DNA of 57,371 nucleotides, from positions 1 to 57,371 of the forward strand of contig JAAPAO010000177.1 of assembly GCA_013115145.1 (NCBI GenBank). Direction: 5' to 3'. Within the stretch, counting starts at the first letter, position 1; every line of letters begins with the position of its first letter. Under the pieces are notes generated by a model. That model was not told the origin of the DNA and did no database searches. It saw only the letters and a program-made list of their open reading frames with translations. The stretch is from Perkinsus chesapeaki ATCC PRA-425. Its lineage: Eukaryota > Protista > Perkinsozoa. Both the position numbers and the translations under genes were made by a program. Positions 51,001 to 57,371 of this stretch are shown here, piece by piece.

Positions 51001-54000
51001 TGTCGAGTTAAACGGCCATCTCTCTGTCTCTTTCAAAAAAATACTGCTTGTAAGTTTCGATCGACGTCAGGTCTTTTGTACCGTCATGGTACTACCGTGT
51101 GCCCTAAGCGAAGATCTTGAATTGTTTCATTAGAATTGCAATTTTTTATCATCGTCGCCACTGCCAGGGTGGCCACTGGCTATTTTCTACTCTACTTCAG
51201 GTACATTCATCTTAATCCGTCGTACCCGTGGCTAACCGAAGAAGAGAAGGAAAAGTGGCAAAAGCAAACGCCTTGAAGCTTCATCGACGCCCTCGATGTA
51301 GGTGCCGCGAAAGTTTCACACTGAAAACACCCACACAACTGAGGCGCGAGGAAGCCCTAAGAGAACAAGCGGAGGTGGAGCTGAGGCTCATACAGGAGAA
51401 GTAACCATCTTCGGACTCACAGTGATCATCTCCGGCTGCTACGGCCGAGAAAAGGAGGGTGACGGTTTTAACTGCAGGAGGTTGGAGCAAGAGGCCTCGC
51501 GAGCGAAAACTCGAGAAAGTGCCACAGCTGGCCGTGATCTGCTCCGCAAGCTCGAACTGGAGATCGAACGACGGTACGCAGAGGCACCATATTTGGATGC
51601 GGAAAGCTACATGTTCATCAGATTCGGGCTCCGGAAGAGCGAGTTCGGGTTGAGCGATGTGCTACGGAATGTATCAACTGAGCGTATGCTAGCTTTCAGC
51701 CAAGTCTGCGACCCCAAGAGTGGTACGACGACTGCTTACTGGCTTTTGGCATTGCTCTTGTGGAACTTAGATGGACTTGACTTCGGACTTGACACTGCGG
51801 AGGTTGACGAGAATTTTCTGGAATCTTTTGTGTGGCCCTTGAAGACGAATACTGGATTCGTAATGCTCCCATCTCGATCCATTCGGCCAGCGTTCCCTAT
51901 GAAGGCTCGGCGAGAGATAGAAGGGCCGGTTGAAGATGAACTATTGGGGGAGGAACTGCCGTATGACACGATAGTGCTGTTTAAGGGCAACAAGTGGGGC
52001 AGCTTTGATACTTTGGGATATCTCAATTAGGTTAGACGAAGGGGGTGGAGTTGAGCTATGGATGGTAGGTACAAGCTTAGAGTCAAACCAATGAAGAAAA
52101 AGAGACATAAGAAGGGGAAAGAACATGGAGGAAGACGAGGCAGCCATGACCGAACAGCAGCGGAAGGGAGAGGAGGAGGAGAGGACTCTGGCCTTCAGCA
52201 GACATACTTGTAGGCTATTCACAGTACCGCAGCGAAGCCTGGAGTACAATGCACCGTTAGTCAGTAAAGCCATTAAGTGACGGTCACTCATCCATATAAA
52301 GCAGATTACGTCTGCTGCATATTGGCCGTAAGCATCAATGTTGCGATATTGTGATGCCCTGTGATATTTTCTGGCAGCTGTTTTGATATATTTGCCTTTG
52401 TATCCCGAGTTGGAAAAGGAGGGCTTCTACTACCCCTATCATTTCCTCTCATTTCCAAATACTGTAAAATTACTATCCGTTGGCTAAGTTCCTGGCTTTT
52501 TCGGTATTTTACTGCGACTCTTTTCATTGAAGTATTCTTACTCATTTCGGTAGCGTGTGTACAACTGATCTCAAATCCCCCGCCATACAGCGACGCTGCT
52601 GCTCCAGCCGGCACTATCCCTTCCCTCACGGTCAGGCCGTTATTAAAGCAAGAGTACCTTGCCAGCCACACTCTTGTGTGTAAAGTCTACATCCTCGCCG
52701 CTAGTGGCATCATACCACCTGGAGGAAGCGCGGAGTGTGAGAGCTATCTTTGGGTGAGAGTAAGGCTGATACGAGATACCCACCAAACCCATATGCGATA
52801 CAAACTTAACAAAAGAACAACAATCAGTCACACTACGCATTGGACACCGCCACGAGCTCTCCAAAATGCCCTTCAGGTTTACAACTCTAAAGAGGATACC
52901 GCCGGTGGGCTGAACTCGATCAAAGATTCCAGCAACTCCCGATTGGGCACCTTGAACCCAGAGTTTAACAAGTGCTACTCGTTACCATGCCGATTTCCAG
53001 AGAACACCGCGCTTACTATCAAGTTGATGGAGAGACACTCTATACTGGGCGATGCGACCATCGGGGCAGCGGTCATCGATATTGAGAATCGCTGGTTCCA
53101 TCCAAAGTAGGCGTTGAAATCAATGGTGTCGAACGTTGAGGGGTAGATACAGACAGATGATGAATCTGGAGGGTGAGGACGGCAGCAATGTTAAACGGTT
53201 CTCAGATGTCCCTGTCGAAACTGTAAGAAATAATTTGACTACACCTTTTCAATATTCACTTCGTCCTTGGGAACATCAATTTCGTGGCGGCGAGCGAAGT
53301 TGAAGGTCCGAATCCGAAATAGAAAGATCATGTTCACGCTTGGGGCATTAAATTTCGTCTTTGAACTTTCAATTTCGTTCGGACCCAGGAGGTGCCTTCA
53401 ATTTCCCTCACTTAAGAAAATCAATTTCAACCTAGTCTACGAGGTGATAAAGTTCGAGTTAAACTATGAACGACTCAACGTCGACTGTGTGACTTCTATT
53501 TCGGATTCGGACCTCCAACTTCGCTCGCCGCCACGAAATTGATGTTCCCAAGGACGAAGTAGATATTGAAAAGGTGAAGTCGATCGAATACTGAGTAAAG
53601 TTACCAACGCTGAGTCAGCCTCAGCTTCGGTCAGCGTGGTTGTCCCTTGTGCATTGAATACCATGTACCTGTTTGAGACGTTATCATCGAACCCTCCAGG
53701 CCTAGCGGAGCTAAGTTAGCGTACCGATTCTAGGATCTCCACGTACCCGCAGTATACCCGCACTACTAGATGTATACATGAAGCCTCTTCGGGCGTACAT
53801 GAGAGATAATCTCAGGTGCCGCTTCTGATAGACGGCAGCTTCATTCCCACGGGGAGGTTGAAGATGTGGATTGAGATACTAGATGAATCTGAGGTTACTA
53901 AACAATACACCCCAAGGTCCAGCTATGCCTATGTCAGGCGATGGGCCGCCCGGAGCCTGTGCTACCGTCGGCCAACAAGGAGGTTATACAAGCACGGCTT

Positions 54001-55104
54001 GTGATATGGAAAACTCGAGGAGTTCCTCCGCCAGAAGGTCGGTCCCGAATGACGGAAATTGAGCTATGCACCGTTGCAGACGAGGAGGCATCCCACCAGA
54101 TCGTCGGTGGCCATCACCGAACTGACAGTAATGTCGACATAGATTTATTCACAGACACGCATTATGGCAGTCTGGACGGCACCGCTACTTTCAATTGGAG
54201 AATGCTCTTCGACATGGAGGTAGTCAGCCCATTCGAGCCGCTTCCCTCAATACTGCTCCGTTGAAATAGCCTCAGCCTGAGTCATTCAGGATGATGCTTC
54301 CTAGATCTACAAAGCACAGAAATTTCCTTAACTTCTTCCAAAATTTTCCTGTCCGGATCCGGTCCGTTAACTAGCGGAATTTATGGAAAATTGATGTTTG
54401 AAAACGAATACTGTACAGAACGCGGTCGAATCTTCGTGTGCACTCCAATGGAGAGTATAGGTCCGGCTTAGGTGCCATGTCACGACCCTGTCATTAAATT
54501 GCAGCTTTATCACAACCCTTTGCTCGGCCAGAAGGTCGCCTTAGGAGAAGCTACCTTAGACCTGGTACACGACACCTTGAGATGCAGGTTATCCTCACGC
54601 TTGTCTGTATTGCTATGTGATCTCCTGCACTCAGACGAACACGCCGGGCAGTTGAGTTGCCGAGAGGGCAGATACCTCTCAGTAACCCAGCGTATCCCGG
54701 TCAGAGTCGAGGAATGATCGACTGTCAAATGAAGCTCTTACCGATTGAGGAAGCAAACGCGATGCCTGTTGGTGAGGATGCTTCGATGCTGGGAGCGCCG
54801 CGAGCTCACATTGCATGCTTGTTAGGGTCAGGAAGAGATCTGCCTAACAGAGACCCGTACCTGGATCCCGAGGACTCTCATTTGAGAGAGCATCGCTCCG
54901 CCCTTGGCAACACGGCTTTTGTGAGGCAAGCCAAGGCTCTGGGCGAGAGTCTGATGAAAGGTAAGCGAGACGCCTACGTTACGAGTGGATTGCGTCATTG
55001 TGCTGTCAGGCGCGCGGGTTCTGTTTTACGTCTGGCTGGCATGCGCCCTCATTGGTGGCATCATATCACTTGTTATCGCATTGAAGATGTCTGGCATCAT
55101 ATGA
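42033..55104 (+). CDS. Ferlin (multi-C2-domain, C-terminally anchored membrane fusion protein), many exons
   Basis: N-terminal C2 WKIKVDIHSVYAL..PNPYLKV. Further C2 domains PVWNECLRVPV, YQAVNLPISDPGGLSDPFV, TLNPQW, TLNPEFNKCYSL..IGAAVIDIENRWF, GRLKMWIEIL, ARLVIWKT and TDTHYGSLDGTATFNWRMLF. Ferlin C-terminal GSGRDLPNRDPYL and a final TM exon VLFYVWLACALIGGIISLVIAL, stop at 55104. Confidence 0.92.
46932..47060. repeat. 38-bp tandem repeat (~3.4 copies) in a ferlin intron
   Basis: ATGCCTCCACTTCCTCATTACATTTATATATT... recurs at 46967, 47005 and 47043, with a degenerate copy at 46932. Confidence 0.85.
49737..49787. other. Perfect 18-bp-stem hairpin overlapped by a second 7-bp-stem palindrome, in ferlin intron 49639-51200
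   Basis: TACAGATTAATAGTCTCT-ACT-AGAGACTATTAATCTGTA at 49749-49787 and GTAGAGA-G-TCTCTAC at 49737-49751. Confidence 0.9.
50398..50920 (+). mobile_element. Degenerate LTR-retrotransposon fragments (RT and gag-like) inside ferlin intron 49639-51200
   Basis: FMDITKAFYRFRI...FGITVGPAALESGI corresponds to the RT motifs DxxxAF and FGxxxGP. It is followed by stops, then WEKQFRLCVRANGWSSEDALLKLPTSLSDSALSTW, which resembles a Ty3/gypsy gag helix. Confidence 0.7.
53237..53581. mobile_element. 345-bp MITE / non-autonomous DNA transposon with 88-bp terminal inverted repeats, in a ferlin intron
   Basis: 53237-53324 is the reverse complement of 53494-53581 with about 4 mismatches (core TTCGTCCTTGGGAACATCAATTTCGTGGCGGCGAGCGAAGTTG). 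No obvious TSD. Confidence 0.85.
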
Positions 55105-55300
55105 GCATGTTTCATGTTTATCGTCTCACAGAGGGCATTGACATTGCGTTGTCCAAAATGAGGGTTCTTTATTGAATACTTAAGATGTTTCTAAGGAGCG
55201 GGGTCCACTGCGTGAATTTGGTTAAAGCGGCTTCAACCATTGGAGCTTATCGGTCTATCAGCGGCTCTACAGAACTAGGCTCCAGTTAATATATGTGTGC

Positions 55301-57371
55301 ATGTCAGATGCTTCTAAGGTCCACCCGGTAATACAGCGTCTGCAAGGCAGGTGGTTCGGTCTGCCTTCGGGTGCTGAGATTATAGCTCATGGGGCTAAGG
55401 TCACGTTTAACGGTGTGCCTCTGCTGGGAAGGCTCACTCGCCATTCTGACGGCAAAGTGACTCTGCTCCAGTGGGTCTCCTACCCCGATAAGGAGGATAA
55501 ACCAGATGAGCTTACCTGGTTCGTCAACACTCGCAACGGACCCGTGATGAGCACTCAGTGGGTTCGCTCGTTACCAGAGCCAAAGAGCGCGCCGAGCAGC
55601 CCGAGCAAAGCTAGAAGGAAGTCCTCGAGTTCACTGCTCACCCTCCCGCCACCTGTAGGAATAACGAAGAGCGTCTCGAACACCAATGCTTTGACGGACA
55701 CTAGAAGATACTGCAGTGGTGTCACAGCGCGATTGACAGCATGCTCGCCCTCATCTCGGTGGACCTTGTGCGCGGTGGACGAGCTCGGACGTGACATGAT
55801 CTGGTTAAAGGAATTTATCGAGCGGATCCTCATCGCAGTTGGAGCTGCTATTGCTGTGGAGCAGCTAGGTCACCCCTGGCTTTCCCGCAATGATTCGGAG
55901 TTCGTTCTTTGGCATGCCTCTACCACTGTGCAGCGAGTGGGAGCGACGGGTGTTGGCGTAGACGATCATGTCAGTGGGCCGCAGGTTTCGGGTGCAATAC
56001 GAAGGCAAATCGATGGTCAAGTAGAGAGCGCTGGAATACTGCTTTGTTGGAAGGACGATGACTTCTCTTGTAGAAGACTGCGAGTCAGAGTCGAGAGGAG
56101 CGGTGGAAAAATGTCTTTTGTTGTGCACGATTATGAATTGTCATCGAGGACCTTGGATGCCTGGCAAAAAGGAGAGGCCAAGTTGGGTAACGGCTTTACC
56201 CTAAGGGTGATAACACCGACCCAGGAGACCGCTGAGGCTGTCCATGGCGCGATCCAAAGAAACTCTTTCCACCTTGGACGTTACCTTTCTGGTCTGGTGG
56301 AAGACTGCCGAACGGTAGAGCGAACTCGATGGCTGCTACTACGGTGGCATCAAGATCATATTCAAGGCGATGGTGTGCACTTTGGGCTGTTCGACCGCAA
56401 CGATACGTTCCTCGGTGTAGTTGAGATCGACAGACGTCCATTGCGAGACGAGATCGTCGGTGTTGTTGAGTACTGGTTGACCAGAGATGCATGTGGGCAA
56501 GGGCTGGCCCAAAGGATGTTCCAAGAAGCTATGAGATACGCTGTGCAAATGCTCGGTATCACATCGTTCCACTTGGACATCCACCCGGACAACAAAGGCT
56601 CTGCTGCAACTGCGATACGGTGCGGAGCGAAGCAGGCGAAGTCACGAAGAGAGCCGAGAGGGCAAGGCGGACGATATGCGATGGCAAGCACACAGATGTT
56701 TGATGTTTACAAGATAAACGCGGAGAACACAGGGGTGGCCTGTGGGGGCATTGGCGGGAATCGAGGCGCATGGATGGAGTTATGGATAGAAACCAAAGTG
56801 GCGAAAGCAAAGGAAGCTCTGAAGGATTTGAAGAACTCATCTTTGCACTTGGCAGGAGCTTTGACCAAGGTAAGTATACCCCCCCCCACCACAGCACAAT
56901 CAACACTTAATTGTTCGAACGCGTCATTTGCTACATATTTGACCATCACGTAATTGCTATTGGAAGCTCAGACATGAAAAATATCGCGCAGTATTGAATC
57001 GTTGTATTTGGCTGATTTATTGGCGAGAGCAGTTGTATTGCTTCCATGCTCTTTTGCATTTTCAGAGCGAAGAAGTGTTCCGCAACTTTGGCCTCAACGC
57101 CCGCGATCCGAGGCTCAGTTCCGCGAAGGATTTCATGACTCAACAACGTCTCATTATTGAAGCTCAAAATGAGCTCCACAACGTGAGCCATTTCGCCGTG
57201 TGCTCTCTGACCGATATAGCTTTTAGTTGAGAAAGCGAATCTCCAAGGACCAGGAGAGTATCGACCAACTGGAGACCAGAGGGCAGAGATTGACCGATCA
57301 GTTGAGGGGTGTGAGGGAGCGAATGCAAGAGCTGAAGAAAGGGAGTGATAATCACGGTGAAGACCATATTA
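55301..57371 (+). CDS. RimJ/RimL-type GNAT acetyltransferase domain protein with unknown N-terminal region and C-terminal coiled coil; continues beyond window
   Basis: Long exon 55301-56869 contains AIQRNSFHLGRYL...HFGLFDRNDTFLGVVEI...VEYWLTRDACGQGLAQRM...LDIHPDNKGSAATAIRCG (Acetyltransf_3 motifs). Phase-0 exons 57066-57182 and 57227 onward encode a coiled coil. Confidence 0.85.

Noticed and set aside
52361-52590. Hydrophobic in-frame stretch suggesting internal transmembrane helices in the ferlin
   Set aside because: It lies upstream of a good acceptor (CCATACAG) and is best explained as intron sequence read through in the ORF track.
1-57371. CRISPR arrays, rRNA genes or complete tRNA genes
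   Set aside because: None seen. The repeats present are minisatellites or inverted repeats without unique spacers, and the DNA is eukaryotic.

Overview
Intron-rich eukaryotic genomic DNA with short (~40-55 nt) GT-AG introns. An alveolate-type ferlin and the overall gene style suggest a myzozoan protist, most likely Perkinsus (inference, not verified). The ORF track mostly shows exon fragments, so genes were reconstructed by hand. Recognisable genes, left to right: the 3' end of a MULE transposase, NAR1/CIAO3 (cytosolic Fe-S assembly), two tandem HSL-family alpha/beta hydrolases, a coiled-coil protein, a Myb/SANT-like protein, an intronless inositol oxygenase (MIOX), a TM-RING-H2 ligase, a degenerate RluA-type pseudouridine synthase, a 13-kb ferlin and a RimJ/RimL-type GNAT fused to a coiled coil. 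Also present are a MITE with 88-bp TIRs, retroelement relics inside introns, minisatellites and an assembly gap. The most striking unexplained system is a co-oriented array (20.3-27.7 kb) of six small, highly divergent secreted-protein genes. All six share a signal peptide, an acidic amphipathic helix, a dibasic site, one phase-1 intron and a second exon encoding a short amphipathic helix. This resembles a prepro-peptide (effector, pheromone or membrane-active peptide) family that I cannot assign to any known family.
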